Virus record (IMG/VR): IMGVR_UViG_3300014962_000394
Span: 1-54,721 of that record
Length of the DNA stretch: 54,721 nucleotides
Source of the DNA: a virus
Lineage: Duplodnaviria; Caudoviricetes
Reading direction: 5' to 3' (one strand)
The position numbers were made by a program, and so were the translations under genes. This document shows positions 10,986 to 22,036 of the stretch, in pieces; the stretch's first letter is position 1, and each line of letters opens with the position of its first letter. The notes below the pieces were generated by a model. That model was not told the DNA's origin. It ran no database searches and saw only the letters and a list, made by a program, of their open reading frames with translations.

Positions 10986-11384
10986 TTCTTTTAACCAATC
11001 ATTAGGAATTTCTTTCTTTGCCCAACGCCACCCTTTTTTATCACAGTATTGTGCATAAGTAGTTTTACTACCTTTGTATAATTTAGCATTTGGATTTTGG
11101 AATATAAAACGAATATCTATATCTGGATATTGTTCAAATATCAAATCAAATTTCAATCGGTCTGTTTTAACCCATCTACCTTTTGTTTCGATATACATTT
11201 TATTTCCATCAATTTTGTTTAGAACAAAATCTGGAGTATAATTGTGTTTTGTTTGGGGTTGTATGTAAGATATTTTTTCACTTTCGTAACTAAATGATTT
11301 ACCGTTTTCTTTAAGCATATCATTTACAGTATCTTCTAATCCACTACGAAAACCGTGTTTTATTGCAACTTGATTTCTACGCAT
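10977..11384 (-). CDS. T7 endonuclease I-like Holliday junction resolvase
   Basis: GFRSGLE, YTPDF, IETKG, IRFIFQ...K.TYA. Confidence 0.85.
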   Translation of the reverse strand: MRRNQVAIKHGFRSGLEDTVNDMLKENGKSFSYESEKISYIQPQTKHNYTPDFVLNKIDGNKMYIETKGRWVKTDRLKFDLIFEQYPDIDIRFIFQNPNAKLYKGSKTTYAQYCDKKGWRWAKKEIPNDWLKECL

Positions 11385-11385
11385 A

Positions 11386-13236
11386 TTACATATCAAACCT
11401 AATTATTACATTTATATCTATATCTTTTCTTTTCTTTATTGGTGTTGCCATTTTAGCAATAGCAACTAAATCATTGTTGTCATTGTATAATCCAATACTT
11501 GTAACATACGGTGAAAAGGCAGAACCTGTAACAAATGGTCTAACATTATATGATTTATTATATTTTACAAATGTTGTTGGATTTTGAGTGCTATTAAATT
11601 CTCCTCTTGGAATTTTACAAACAACTTCATGTTCATATAAAGTAGTAGTTGTTTTTAATGATGACTCAAAACCATACTCCAATCCTTCATAATCAAATCT
11701 TCCATTTTTACCTAATAATAAATTTTTATATTTTGGTCTTGGATCCGATATTGTTATTATTCCTTGATCATAAAATATATTACCTATTTGATTTGTTTGA
11801 TATGCATAACCATTTGCATAACTATTATCACTTAAACCTTCAATTTCAATTTCAGTTAATGGTTTACTATAAATCCTTATTTCATCCATCTTACCATAAT
11901 AATAATTTTTATCTGTTCCGTTTCCACCTATGTAAAAATTATTATTATTTTGTACATTATCTGCTATTGTAAATGAATCCGATGAAACCAATTCACCGTT
12001 TAACCAAATTTCATATACATCATTATTTTTTTGACAAACAACATGATTCCAAACACTAGCCGTTAATTCTGGACTTATTAATTCTAAAGTTTGTATTCCA
12101 GAAGACTGTTTAAAATTTATAGTGTTTGGGTTTTGAGAATTATGATTATTTAATTCTATATCAAATGGATATTGGGTAGATGTTAATACAGAATCTACTG
12201 AAAATGTTCCTGTATTATTTTTAGAACCATCTACCATCTTTATAGTTTTTTTATCAAATAAAGGATTGGAATTAAAATTTTGTACAGACTGTGTTGGTGG
12301 TATGTTTAACCAAAAACTAATTGCAAAATTAAATTCATTTGGAAAATTGAACAATTCTGAATTTTCTACACGAAGATATGATTCTGAAAAATTAGCACAA
12401 ACACCTGAATTATCTAATCCCTCTTTTGTTACTATTCCAGGATGATACGATATTTTTTTTGGATTTACTACGGTTACTTTATTTAAATTATCCGAATAAT
12501 CTAGTACATAATTTAATTTTTTATTTATTAAATTGTATTCTCTATATTTTTCATTAAAACCAATATAAATTAAATTATGTTTTTTACTTACAAATTTGTT
12601 AGAATCAAATGTTGTATCTAAAATGCTACCAAATCCGTCATCTATTACATCAAATTTCAATACACTTTCATTATTAAAGTTTGATAATTTAAAACTATTT
12701 TTTACAACACCTTCACCGTAAAAAGTTCTTGGTAAAAGCAATACGGACCCAGTTTCAGAAAGATAACTGTTTGAATCAAAATCTGTAATTGTTGCAGAAT
12801 GTCTACTTTCATTATAGTCTTTGTAAAAATTATGATCAACATAGTACCATATTAATTTTGGATCTATTGTTTGATATTCAAAATCATTAGAATACAATGA
12901 TGATGAAACATTTAATATATTTCCAAAATATTTATCATTTTCTGGATAATAAAATCTAAATACACCTATTTCTTTACCATCAATATTTGTAAATCTAGAT
13001 GATGGTTTTATTGTTATCTCTGTTGTACCTAATTGTTGAATCCAAGCATAAATCATTGCAGCAAACGTTGAACTTGCATTTCCCCAAACAATATCTACTT
13101 CTTCCTTTAAATCATCTGCAGGTCTTATTACATCATCAGATGAATAATACCAAGTTTTATTAGCAACAAATGGTCTAACATTATAGTCACCATTTCTCAA
13201 TTTTTTCATAAAAATATTTATGCCGGTTGTATTCAT
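11386..13236 (-). CDS. Tail/baseplate protein with LamG/ConA-like domain (paralogue family member)
   Basis: WNHVV...GKMDEIRIYSKPLT LamG motif; C-terminal FNSTQNPT...YVTSIGLYND..LVAIAK. Confidence 0.7.
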   Translation of the reverse strand: MNTTGINIFMKKLRNGDYNVRPFVANKTWYYSSDDVIRPADDLKEEVDIVWGNASSTFAAMIYAWIQQLGTTEITIKPSSRFTNIDGKEIGVFRFYYPENDKYFGNILNVSSSLYSNDFEYQTIDPKLIWYYVDHNFYKDYNESRHSATITDFDSNSYLSETGSVLLLPRTFYGEGVVKNSFKLSNFNNESVLKFDVIDDGFGSILDTTFDSNKFVSKKHNLIYIGFNEKYREYNLINKKLNYVLDYSDNLNKVTVVNPKKISYHPGIVTKEGLDNSGVCANFSESYLRVENSELFNFPNEFNFAISFWLNIPPTQSVQNFNSNPLFDKKTIKMVDGSKNNTGTFSVDSVLTSTQYPFDIELNNHNSQNPNTINFKQSSGIQTLELISPELTASVWNHVVCQKNNDVYEIWLNGELVSSDSFTIADNVQNNNNFYIGGNGTDKNYYYGKMDEIRIYSKPLTEIEIEGLSDNSYANGYAYQTNQIGNIFYDQGIITISDPRPKYKNLLLGKNGRFDYEGLEYGFESSLKTTTTLYEHEVVCKIPRGEFNSTQNPTTFVKYNKSYNVRPFVTGSAFSPYVTSIGLYNDNNDLVAIAKMATPIKKRKDIDINVIIRFDM

Positions 13237-15917
13237 TAATTGGTTCTAATTTTTATATTAAAAATATATTCATGTCCACTATCTTTTAATAGTGGTTTTC
13301 TTAATTTAGCAACAGCAAGAAGTTCTTTTGCATCGTTGTACAAACCAACTGTTGTTATGTATGTTTTTGATGTTGCATTAACAACATCGTAATAAAACTT
13401 TCTATCAGAGCCGCTAATATATGTATAATTATTAGTATAATTAAATTGATTTTTGTAAATTCTACAAAAGAAATTTAAATCGGAATATAGTTCTGCTGAT
13501 CTACAATACCAATATTCGTGATTTGTTCTAACATTATTTGGTGATAAAGAACCACTTATAGATAAAAATAATTTATTTATATTATCACCATCAATTGAAG
13601 CGGTTACGGTATTAAAAGAACAAGAATAATCTAAAGTTTTTCCATCCAAAATAATAAGACCCTTATTTGGAAATACCAATCCCCATATATCTAAATTATC
13701 ATCTTCTGATAATCCTTGTTGTATTGTACCTTCAACTAAAGAATAATATTCATTTATATCATAAGTTATATCATTGTAAGTTTTTGTAATTCTACTATCA
13801 TCTATTAGTGTAAAAATTTTGTTAGAATTTTGATCGGATATAAAATTACTACCAGTATTTACCAATTGATCAGAACTGGACGATAAAGGTGATAGAGATA
13901 TTTGTAATGTTGTGTTGTCTAATCTATCTTTAAAAGCATTTCTATCAAATTCTATAACATAAAAATACTCACTTGTTTTTCCATTTTTAAATGTAAGAAT
14001 ATCTGCATTACCAAAACAATCTGCCATGTATTTTTTATACATAACTTTTGCAGGATATAATTCTGTATTTTCTTTTACAAATGTTGAACCTAAACCATCT
14101 TTGTGGGCATAAGATATATCAAAAACTTTTGAAAAATTATTATCAATACTATTTTTTGTATTAATAGACATATAATATTTTTTATGATTGTCTATTACTG
14201 AACTTGTAAAAAATGAATTACATCTATCATTATTTATATTAAATAATGGTTTTGTTACATAATATTTATCTGAATATTTAATATCAGCATTTGTACTTAT
14301 TAATTGTTTATATGAGTATATGGAATTTTCATCAATGGGTGGAATATCTATTGTAATAAACGGTGAAGTTTCATAAACATTTTGAATAGATTGATTATCA
14401 AGTAATGTATCTATTGGTTCCGTATTATTTATTTGATCTATTACATTTATATTACCATTTCCATCTCTAGATACAACATAAAAAACATTATTAGTATCTA
14501 TTTCTGGATTTAAAAAATTACTTAAAACGAATTTTTCAGAATGAACTATACTGTTAAAAACATCAAGATTAAATACAACATTTTCCCTATTTGGTAATGA
14601 ATTTTTTAATTGAAAATCAACATAATCCATTAACAATTTTATTACTTTTATTGAAATATTATTATTTTTACTTGAAATTTTTGAATGCCTGTCCACTAAC
14701 AACTTGTCTAAAAAATTTGATCTATCTTGAAAAAATCGTGTTAATATTGCTTGTTGATCTTCAAGTGTATCTGTTTCCCCGCCACCATTATCAACACTGG
14801 TACCATCTATGTTTATATCTGTATTATTTATTGTAAAAAATTTATTATCACCATTAACAATTTCCAAGAAAAAATCACTTGCAACAACATCCTCTACTAA
14901 TTCAATATCTGTTACTGCCGGATCAATTTTGTAAATTTCTTCATTAAGTAATATATCTAGTATATTTTCTTCCATTAATTTAAATTGATCATTTTCGTTA
15001 ATGGTATCAAACATAAAGTTATACATTTTTCCATATTTTTCTTTTTCTTTTCTTTTTTCATTTATCCAAGGTATAGGATTAAATTTAGTAACAACATCTG
15101 TTGGTGAAATTTTTTGATTAGACATTTCTTCAAAATATTCTTCAAGATGTTGTAGCATTAAATCAGGAACTAAAAACACAAATGGTGTGTATTCTGCGTT
15201 TGTATTTTTGTAAAAATCAGAGTAAACTAAATTATTTCTATCATTTATATCAATAGAATAACTATCCCATTCATTTGATATTTTTACAGAACTAAATTCT
15301 ATTTGATCTGGATATTCCGTGTCAAATAAAAATAATACTGGTAATGTTTTTAAAAAATCAATAGATATTCTTGTTTCTTTTTCTAATTTTAATAATTGCT
15401 CATCTGTTAAGTAATGTAATTTGTAATACTTTTTAGAAAAACCAATATCATATGGAATTTTTTTACTTAAATCATTTAAAACTGTTTGAGTTTCTTGTTG
15501 TCTTGGCCAAATAATATTTTTGTTTGAAGTAAAATATATGTTTTTTTGACAAGATAAACTGCCTGATGGAAATGATATACCATTGTAAACATAATTACTA
15601 CCAGAAATATTTTGATTTATACAAACTTCTGTATTAGTAACATTTGTTACTTTTATAGATTTTCCTATATTTTTTATTACAAAAACTGATATAGAACTTG
15701 TTGGATTTGTTAGAGTAAATTGGGTTTCATCTGGAGTTTCATCAACAACATCTCTTATTCTTGATTCTAATAATCCTGTAACTGGATTTATTATGTAAAC
15801 ATTATTGTCCTGAACTCCCAACGAAACATTTTTTCGTAAGTTATCGCCGTCATTATCTGCTCTTTCTTCTATAAAAGAACCGATGTAACCACTACTTGTA
15901 ACTTCAAATTCTTTCAC
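13236..15917 (-). CDS. Tail/baseplate protein (paralogue family member)
   Basis: C-terminal FNYTNNYT...TYITTVGLYNDAKELLAVAKLRKP. Confidence 0.65.
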   Translation of the reverse strand: MKEFEVTSSGYIGSFIEERADNDGDNLRKNVSLGVQDNNVYIINPVTGLLESRIRDVVDETPDETQFTLTNPTSSISVFVIKNIGKSIKVTNVTNTEVCINQNISGSNYVYNGISFPSGSLSCQKNIYFTSNKNIIWPRQQETQTVLNDLSKKIPYDIGFSKKYYKLHYLTDEQLLKLEKETRISIDFLKTLPVLFLFDTEYPDQIEFSSVKISNEWDSYSIDINDRNNLVYSDFYKNTNAEYTPFVFLVPDLMLQHLEEYFEEMSNQKISPTDVVTKFNPIPWINEKRKEKEKYGKMYNFMFDTINENDQFKLMEENILDILLNEEIYKIDPAVTDIELVEDVVASDFFLEIVNGDNKFFTINNTDINIDGTSVDNGGGETDTLEDQQAILTRFFQDRSNFLDKLLVDRHSKISSKNNNISIKVIKLLMDYVDFQLKNSLPNRENVVFNLDVFNSIVHSEKFVLSNFLNPEIDTNNVFYVVSRDGNGNINVIDQINNTEPIDTLLDNQSIQNVYETSPFITIDIPPIDENSIYSYKQLISTNADIKYSDKYYVTKPLFNINNDRCNSFFTSSVIDNHKKYYMSINTKNSIDNNFSKVFDISYAHKDGLGSTFVKENTELYPAKVMYKKYMADCFGNADILTFKNGKTSEYFYVIEFDRNAFKDRLDNTTLQISLSPLSSSSDQLVNTGSNFISDQNSNKIFTLIDDSRITKTYNDITYDINEYYSLVEGTIQQGLSEDDNLDIWGLVFPNKGLIILDGKTLDYSCSFNTVTASIDGDNINKLFLSISGSLSPNNVRTNHEYWYCRSAELYSDLNFFCRIYKNQFNYTNNYTYISGSDRKFYYDVVNATSKTYITTVGLYNDAKELLAVAKLRKPLLKDSGHEYIFNIKIRTN

Positions 15918-15921
15918 AATT

Positions 15922-18888
15922 TTACCAATTTAATCGTATTTTTATTAAAATATCTTTATTAGGTGTCTTTAATATCGGTTTACTTAATTTAGCAACTGCA
16001 AGTAATTCTTTTGCATCATTGTATAATCCAACTGTTGTTATGTATGTTGTTGGGTTATATTTAAAATAGTTGTATTTTATTATATTGTTATTTACAATAT
16101 TTTGATCAACCATTGTTGGATTGTTTGAATAATTTGCAGAACCAGCTGTTACTTTAACAAAATAATGATTTGATTTATTATTTTTTGAAGCTCTTGCCTT
16201 TAAGTCATATCCTAAAGCGGCAGCACCACTTATTGATGTAAATAATTTATATGAATTATCTGAATTTAAATTGAATGTCAATCCACTAGAAAAATCTAAT
16301 TCATTATCTAATTTTTCAGCATCAAATATTATTATGCCCAAACTTGGATAAACTTTACCATATGTTGTTATGTTTGAATTTGTTTCTATACTTCCTGTTC
16401 CAGAATCATGTATTCCGTTACTTAAACTACCACTAACTATATCAAACGATGTAAATGAATAATCATTTGAAAATTCTGATTCTAAAATATCTTTTGAATT
16501 ATCGATAAATGACATTATATTATTTGACATTGGATTTAAAGATTTTAAATTTATTTCAAAGTTACCAGGATCAATTCTATCAGATAAAGAATCTCTATTG
16601 AAATTAATTACATAAATATCACCTCTTGTTCCAAGAGTTCCATTTGTATAAAATTTAAATTCTGTTTCATTTGAGTCTAATGTCAATAATCTAGCTTGAC
16701 TATAAATTGCACGTGTTGGTGAATCATTGGTTTCATATCCTTCATATAATGATCCGGAACCGTTTTTATTACCATAAGCAACGGAAAAATATGATATTGG
16801 TTTTTGATTCTGACAAACCGATGTATCTACTATTTCATAATAGTATTTTTTTTGAAGTTCATTTTGAGTAGAACTTGTGTGGTATGTTTCTGGTGACTGT
16901 TTTTTATTAAAAGATCCAACAGATTTTAAATTATCTCTGCCAACAATAACATCTGTTCCAACATGAAATGGATGAAAAACTTTTACAGGAGTATCAATAC
17001 AATCTGCTTTTGTTATTTTTCTATTTAATTTTATTCCAGGACCTAAACCACTATAATTTTGTGTTGATAAAACTTCAGGACCTTTAATATATCCTCTTTC
17101 ACCTGGGTGTTTATAGTCTGCATATTTTTTAAATATTTTACTTGTTTGTAATTCATAACAACCATTAAAATCAGACATATCAACATACGGTTCTTGTTCT
17201 CTTGCAATATCAATTGGTATACAGTTTTCACTAAATCCAATTTCTGTTCCTGCAAATTCTACATCTTCCCACACTTCAAATGTAGTACCTCTGTTAAAAA
17301 ATTCTGTCTCGGATTCTCTCCATTCATATTCTGTAAAATTTCCAGAAATACATTCCAGCTCAACTTCCCATCTTCTTTCCCAATTGTAACCACGAACATA
17401 TTTAGTTCTAAATCCTCTATAACAAGGATCATTTGGCAATCTTTCTGGAAGTCCAGGTCTACTTAATAATTTTACTATTTCATCACCAACAGGTCTTGTT
17501 TGAATTGTTTGTCTTTCTGATGTAATAAAACATCCTGTTCTTGGTTGAAGACAATTTAATCTACCAAAAGATTTTTTTGAAATAAATCCAATGTTTAATT
17601 GTCTAACATAATTTCCTGAAATATCTGAATTTAAATCTACTATTGAAGCGTTTATTAAATTTGGTGAACGTCTTTGTCTATTTTCACTAAAACCACCATA
17701 TATTTTTACTCCATTCTTTGAAGTCAATTGATTAGATAAAACTTTTTGTATGTATACTCTATCTGTATCGTTTCCTCTTTGACATGATGTTTGGTTGGGT
17801 TTATTTGAATCAAATGTTCCCCAATATGATTGATTTATTTCAATTTCTTCTTTTAATTCCATTATGGAATCATTAAAATTCTTCAATCCAAGTGTATTTG
17901 TTATAGAAATTCCAGGAGCAATTTGATTATTTTGTATGTCATACTGTTCTTTTACAACAGATGACCAATTTTCTAAATCCGTTGAATCATCTAAATCATA
18001 ATAATATTGATATGTAGGTCTTAATCCACCTAAAAAATCATTGCAATTTTCATACCAAAATGATCCAATTCCTTTTGAAATTATTACATCGGATAATAAT
18101 AGTTTTTGTACTTGTTTATCCTCACCGACTGGTGTATAACATTGCCAAATATCAGCAACGAGAGCAGCTCTAAATTTTGTTGTTTCATTATCAAAATAAG
18201 GAGAATTTATATCTGGATTATTTTTTGAACTATAAAATATTTCTCTAATATTTTTTAGTGTTAGTATTCTAAAAGTACCAGTTTTTCTTTTTGCTAAAAT
18301 TTTACCAACACCAGTATCTACAACGGGCAGTGCATTTCCTTTTATTGATGCAACATTTGAACCACCTTTTGTGTTACTTACAAATCTAATTGTTGCAGAT
18401 ATTGGATATAATCCTGTTGGTGAAAATTTTACGTCAAATGATTTTGTTTCATTAGGTTTTATTGTTAAAGGTATATCAGATGTTATATCCGGCCAAGATA
18501 CTGGTGATAAAATATCGTATGATATATTTTTTCCAAAACCAGTGTATCCTGTTATTACTAAATCTATGTTACCAGTGTTTTTTATTGTTAATGGTAAAAT
18601 TGTTTCAGTATTTAATATTATATTACCGAAATCTATACCAATTACTTCTATTACTGCTTTATTTTCAACCGGTGGTGGTATATCGCTCGGAACAATAGCT
18701 ATAACAGCAGCCAATTGATCTAAATATTCCAGTCGTTTTGCTTCAGCATCAACTGTTAATAAAGAATATTCTTCTTGTGTTATTTCGGTATTAATAAGTC
18801 TTCTGCGAATTAAATCTAATTCTGTTTCTATACTTGCAATTAATGCCTCTAACCTTTTAATTTCTGCTTCTTTTTCAGCTCTTGTCAT
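15922..18888 (-). CDS. Tail/baseplate protein with Ig-like (ASH/choice-of-anchor-D-like) domain (paralogue family member)
   Basis: IDFG...LTIKNTG...LTIKPNETKSFDVKFSPT; C-terminal NYSNNPT...TYITTVGLYNDAKELLAVAKLSKP. Confidence 0.65.
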   Translation of the reverse strand: MTRAEKEAEIKRLEALIASIETELDLIRRRLINTEITQEEYSLLTVDAEAKRLEYLDQLAAVIAIVPSDIPPPVENKAVIEVIGIDFGNIILNTETILPLTIKNTGNIDLVITGYTGFGKNISYDILSPVSWPDITSDIPLTIKPNETKSFDVKFSPTGLYPISATIRFVSNTKGGSNVASIKGNALPVVDTGVGKILAKRKTGTFRILTLKNIREIFYSSKNNPDINSPYFDNETTKFRAALVADIWQCYTPVGEDKQVQKLLLSDVIISKGIGSFWYENCNDFLGGLRPTYQYYYDLDDSTDLENWSSVVKEQYDIQNNQIAPGISITNTLGLKNFNDSIMELKEEIEINQSYWGTFDSNKPNQTSCQRGNDTDRVYIQKVLSNQLTSKNGVKIYGGFSENRQRRSPNLINASIVDLNSDISGNYVRQLNIGFISKKSFGRLNCLQPRTGCFITSERQTIQTRPVGDEIVKLLSRPGLPERLPNDPCYRGFRTKYVRGYNWERRWEVELECISGNFTEYEWRESETEFFNRGTTFEVWEDVEFAGTEIGFSENCIPIDIAREQEPYVDMSDFNGCYELQTSKIFKKYADYKHPGERGYIKGPEVLSTQNYSGLGPGIKLNRKITKADCIDTPVKVFHPFHVGTDVIVGRDNLKSVGSFNKKQSPETYHTSSTQNELQKKYYYEIVDTSVCQNQKPISYFSVAYGNKNGSGSLYEGYETNDSPTRAIYSQARLLTLDSNETEFKFYTNGTLGTRGDIYVINFNRDSLSDRIDPGNFEINLKSLNPMSNNIMSFIDNSKDILESEFSNDYSFTSFDIVSGSLSNGIHDSGTGSIETNSNITTYGKVYPSLGIIIFDAEKLDNELDFSSGLTFNLNSDNSYKLFTSISGAAALGYDLKARASKNNKSNHYFVKVTAGSANYSNNPTMVDQNIVNNNIIKYNYFKYNPTTYITTVGLYNDAKELLAVAKLSKPILKTPNKDILIKIRLNW

Positions 18889-18899
18889 CTATAATCACC

Positions 18900-20069
18900 T
18901 TAATAATCTAATTTAATTTTTATGATCACTTCCGAACTTGATGTCTTTTTAATTGGTTTACTCAATTTAGCAACAGCCAATAATTCTCTTTCACTATTAT
19001 ACAAACCAACAGTTGATATGTATGTTACATTTCTATTCACATTTGTTAAACCACGTGAATTTACTCCTTGACCAGATGACAATAATAATGGTTTTATTAA
19101 TTGTTCACTACCAGATTCATAATAGGTTATATTATTACTATAATTAAATTCACCATTACCAATTCTTGCAAAATATATTGTAGAATTTATACTCTCCAAT
19201 GTTCTGCCTTTTGGTGCATTACTAGATGTTACTGCAAGTGCACCACTAATAGATGTAAATAATCTATAAGCATTTTCTGTACCACTTGATGTTGCTGGTG
19301 AACGATTTGTATACATTGAAGCAGAAACATCTAATGCCTTACCATTTAATACTATGAGACCTGCATCTGGATAAACAATCCCAAATGGAATTGATGAATT
19401 TGGTCCTGAATAGATACCTCCCATCAAACTACCACTATAAACATAATAGTATTGTCCACCTGGACCGCTTCTTACAAAATTATTTGTTTGTTGATATAAT
19501 CGACTTAATGATTCATCCACCAATTTAGTTACAGATGTTCCATCGGTTTGAATTTGAAAAGAACTACTCATTGAATGTAAACAAATTTCCCAAGATCCTG
19601 GTGCAAGTTTTTCTTTGTATCTAGATCTATTTACATTTATTACATATACGTATTCTGATGTTTCTGTGTATACATCAATCTCATTGCCTAAACTATCTTG
19701 CCCTCTATTTTGTGAAACAAATTCAAACAAATTTGTTTCAGAATTTAGTAAAAGTTGTTTGTATTGTGAATACATTACTTTTGATTCTAGCAAATATGAA
19801 TCTCCTCCTGATCCTGATGAAGATCCGCTATTTAAATAATCGCAATAAACTATACTAAATTGTTTTTCTGATCTACTTCCTGTGTTATTATACACATCCA
19901 AATAATACAATTTTTGTAAATATGATTGTATTGAACTTGTGTATACCGATTCTAAAGATGTTTTATTACCCGACCATAGTGGCCTTGAAATATAATCTCT
20001 CCTATCGTAAGAAATTGAACCTGTTTCAAAATCTTTGTAAACATAACTTTGTGCTAGTATTTCTGCCAT
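18900..20069 (-). CDS. Tail/baseplate protein (paralogue family member)
   Basis: FNYSNN.T...TYISTVGLYNSERELLAVAKLSKP. Confidence 0.65.
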   Translation of the reverse strand: MAEILAQSYVYKDFETGSISYDRRDYISRPLWSGNKTSLESVYTSSIQSYLQKLYYLDVYNNTGSRSEKQFSIVYCDYLNSGSSSGSGGDSYLLESKVMYSQYKQLLLNSETNLFEFVSQNRGQDSLGNEIDVYTETSEYVYVINVNRSRYKEKLAPGSWEICLHSMSSSFQIQTDGTSVTKLVDESLSRLYQQTNNFVRSGPGGQYYYVYSGSLMGGIYSGPNSSIPFGIVYPDAGLIVLNGKALDVSASMYTNRSPATSSGTENAYRLFTSISGALAVTSSNAPKGRTLESINSTIYFARIGNGEFNYSNNITYYESGSEQLIKPLLLSSGQGVNSRGLTNVNRNVTYISTVGLYNSERELLAVAKLSKPIKKTSSSEVIIKIKLDY

Positions 20070-20072
20070 AGA

Positions 20073-21200
20073 TTAATACTCTAATTTAACTGTTACAGAA
20101 ATTTCACTACTAAATGATTTTTGTAAAGGTTTACTTAATTTAGCAACAGCAAGTAAATCTTTATTATCATTATACAAACCAATTGTAGTAACATATGTGT
20201 ATGGATTGTAAATAAAACTATCAAAATATGGTCTATTAAATTTTCCTTTTGTTATATCTTTATTTGAAAACGTTGGATTATTTGAGTAATTCATTTCGTT
20301 TCCGTTTACTCTAATAAAAATAGATTCTTGATGTTTTACAATAACAGACCTAGCTATAAATCCTTTTGAACGATTTGATGCAGATCCACTCAATGCTGTA
20401 AATAATTTCATTATATTTTCACCATCTGCATTACTACTTGTTACCGTATTAAATGATGCGGATAAGTTTAATTTATCAGCAGATACTAGTATAACTCCTT
20501 GTTCTGGATAAACCTTTCCATAATAATGAGGTGATGATGCATTGTATATTCCATTTGCAATACTACCACTAACTAAATTACGTGCAATTGATGGTTTCTG
20601 ACTACTCTCTATTATATCAAGTGCATCCAGTGAATCATCTATTAATGAAATTACTTTATTAGAAGATGAAACTGCAACATTACTTCCAGTATAATCACTA
20701 TTTGTAAAAGCATTACCATTTAATTCTATTATATTTAATTCAAAATTTCCTGGATCTAACTTGTCACCAAATCTATGTCTATTTATATTAATTGCATAAA
20801 AATGATCAACACTTTCACTATTTTGAAGAACAAATCCTGATCCTGTTTCGTCTCCATCTAAACATAAAAGTTTATATTGAGAATAAACTGCACGTGTTGG
20901 TGTATCTCTTACTTGTCCAAGAACATCAAAAGCATCACTTACATATTTTGATCCAAGACCATTTTTATTTCCGTATGCAATAGAAAACATTTCGTTTTCT
21001 TTTGTATTAACAGATGCAGTTTGCCATACTTGAACATAGTATTCTTTTGATTTACTATTTTGTACAGAACTTGTATTAAAAGAAAGTAAAGTTCCAGAAT
21101 ATGAAGACCACAATCCTTTTGTATAAAGATATGTGTAAATATCATTACCAACTAAATTATCAGCTTCATTTCTAGATACCGGTTTAAAAATATTTGACAT
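20073..21200 (-). CDS. Tail/baseplate protein (paralogue family member)
   Basis: MNYSNNPT...TYVTTIGLYNDNKDLLAVAKLSKP. Confidence 0.65.
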   Translation of the reverse strand: MSNIFKPVSRNEADNLVGNDIYTYLYTKGLWSSYSGTLLSFNTSSVQNSKSKEYYVQVWQTASVNTKENEMFSIAYGNKNGLGSKYVSDAFDVLGQVRDTPTRAVYSQYKLLCLDGDETGSGFVLQNSESVDHFYAININRHRFGDKLDPGNFELNIIELNGNAFTNSDYTGSNVAVSSSNKVISLIDDSLDALDIIESSQKPSIARNLVSGSIANGIYNASSPHYYGKVYPEQGVILVSADKLNLSASFNTVTSSNADGENIMKLFTALSGSASNRSKGFIARSVIVKHQESIFIRVNGNEMNYSNNPTFSNKDITKGKFNRPYFDSFIYNPYTYVTTIGLYNDNKDLLAVAKLSKPLQKSFSSEISVTVKLEY

Positions 21201-21242
21201 AGACTAATCCAGATTAAATTTAATAACTACATACAATTAAAA

Positions 21243-21926
21243 TTATGGAGTTGTATTATTTGTAAATGTTGTTGTTACTGCCTGTGAAATTTTTATAGGA
21301 ATAACAAATCTTGCACCCGTTTGATTACCACTAATAATCAATTTGGTAGTTGCAACTGAACCTTGTGGTAGTTCTGTTCCTGTTGCCACAATAACTACTC
21401 CTTGGGAAGAAGCAACATCTGGAACTGAAACCGATCTACCTGCTAACATAGTAGTTTCTGTTGAAAATGTTGCATACGTATTATCTAATATATGATATGA
21501 GTATGAACTATTTGGATCGGTAATTTGTCCAGTAGAACTTAATTGAATTGTTCTTGGTTTTATAGGTCTTCCTAATACCTGTGTGGTTCTATTTGTTGTT
21601 AATTCTATAACGCCTGCCTGAAGACCCTCGCTTCTTGGATCAATATAAGGTATTTGAGTTGTACCTTGTGGCATTGTTATTAATTTATATTTAAGTGATT
21701 GAGTTTCATCAGGTACTGCTTCGGTTATTGGCATATTCTCAATAACTGCACCATAATAATCTGTACCACCTGGATGTGAAGGATTCCATAAATCATAATC
21801 AATTTCATCATCTGCAAGAGCAAATTGTGTAATATTGAATTGATTTCTTCCTTTTGCTAATAACTCTCGACCTTTTTTTGTCAATATTGCATCTACCGTA
21901 ATGGTAGTATTATCTAAATAACCCAT
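21243..21926 (-). CDS. Baseplate/tail-fibre attachment protein
   Basis: AILTKKGRELLA...ITQFALADDEIDY resembles the N-terminus of tail-collar/fibre (DUF3751-like) domains; GGAG upstream. Confidence 0.6.
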   Translation of the reverse strand: MGYLDNTTITVDAILTKKGRELLAKGRNQFNITQFALADDEIDYDLWNPSHPGGTDYYGAVIENMPITEAVPDETQSLKYKLITMPQGTTQIPYIDPRSEGLQAGVIELTTNRTTQVLGRPIKPRTIQLSSTGQITDPNSSYSYHILDNTYATFSTETTMLAGRSVSVPDVASSQGVVIVATGTELPQGSVATTKLIISGNQTGARFVIPIKISQAVTTTFTNNTTP

Positions 21927-22036
21927 AATCAGGCACTCCTAAAAAATTATATCTGTAAACAATCTAAATAATAAATAGTCATCTTTATGAATAAATATCA
22001 TAATATGTAATTTTACTATTAAATTTTAACCACACT

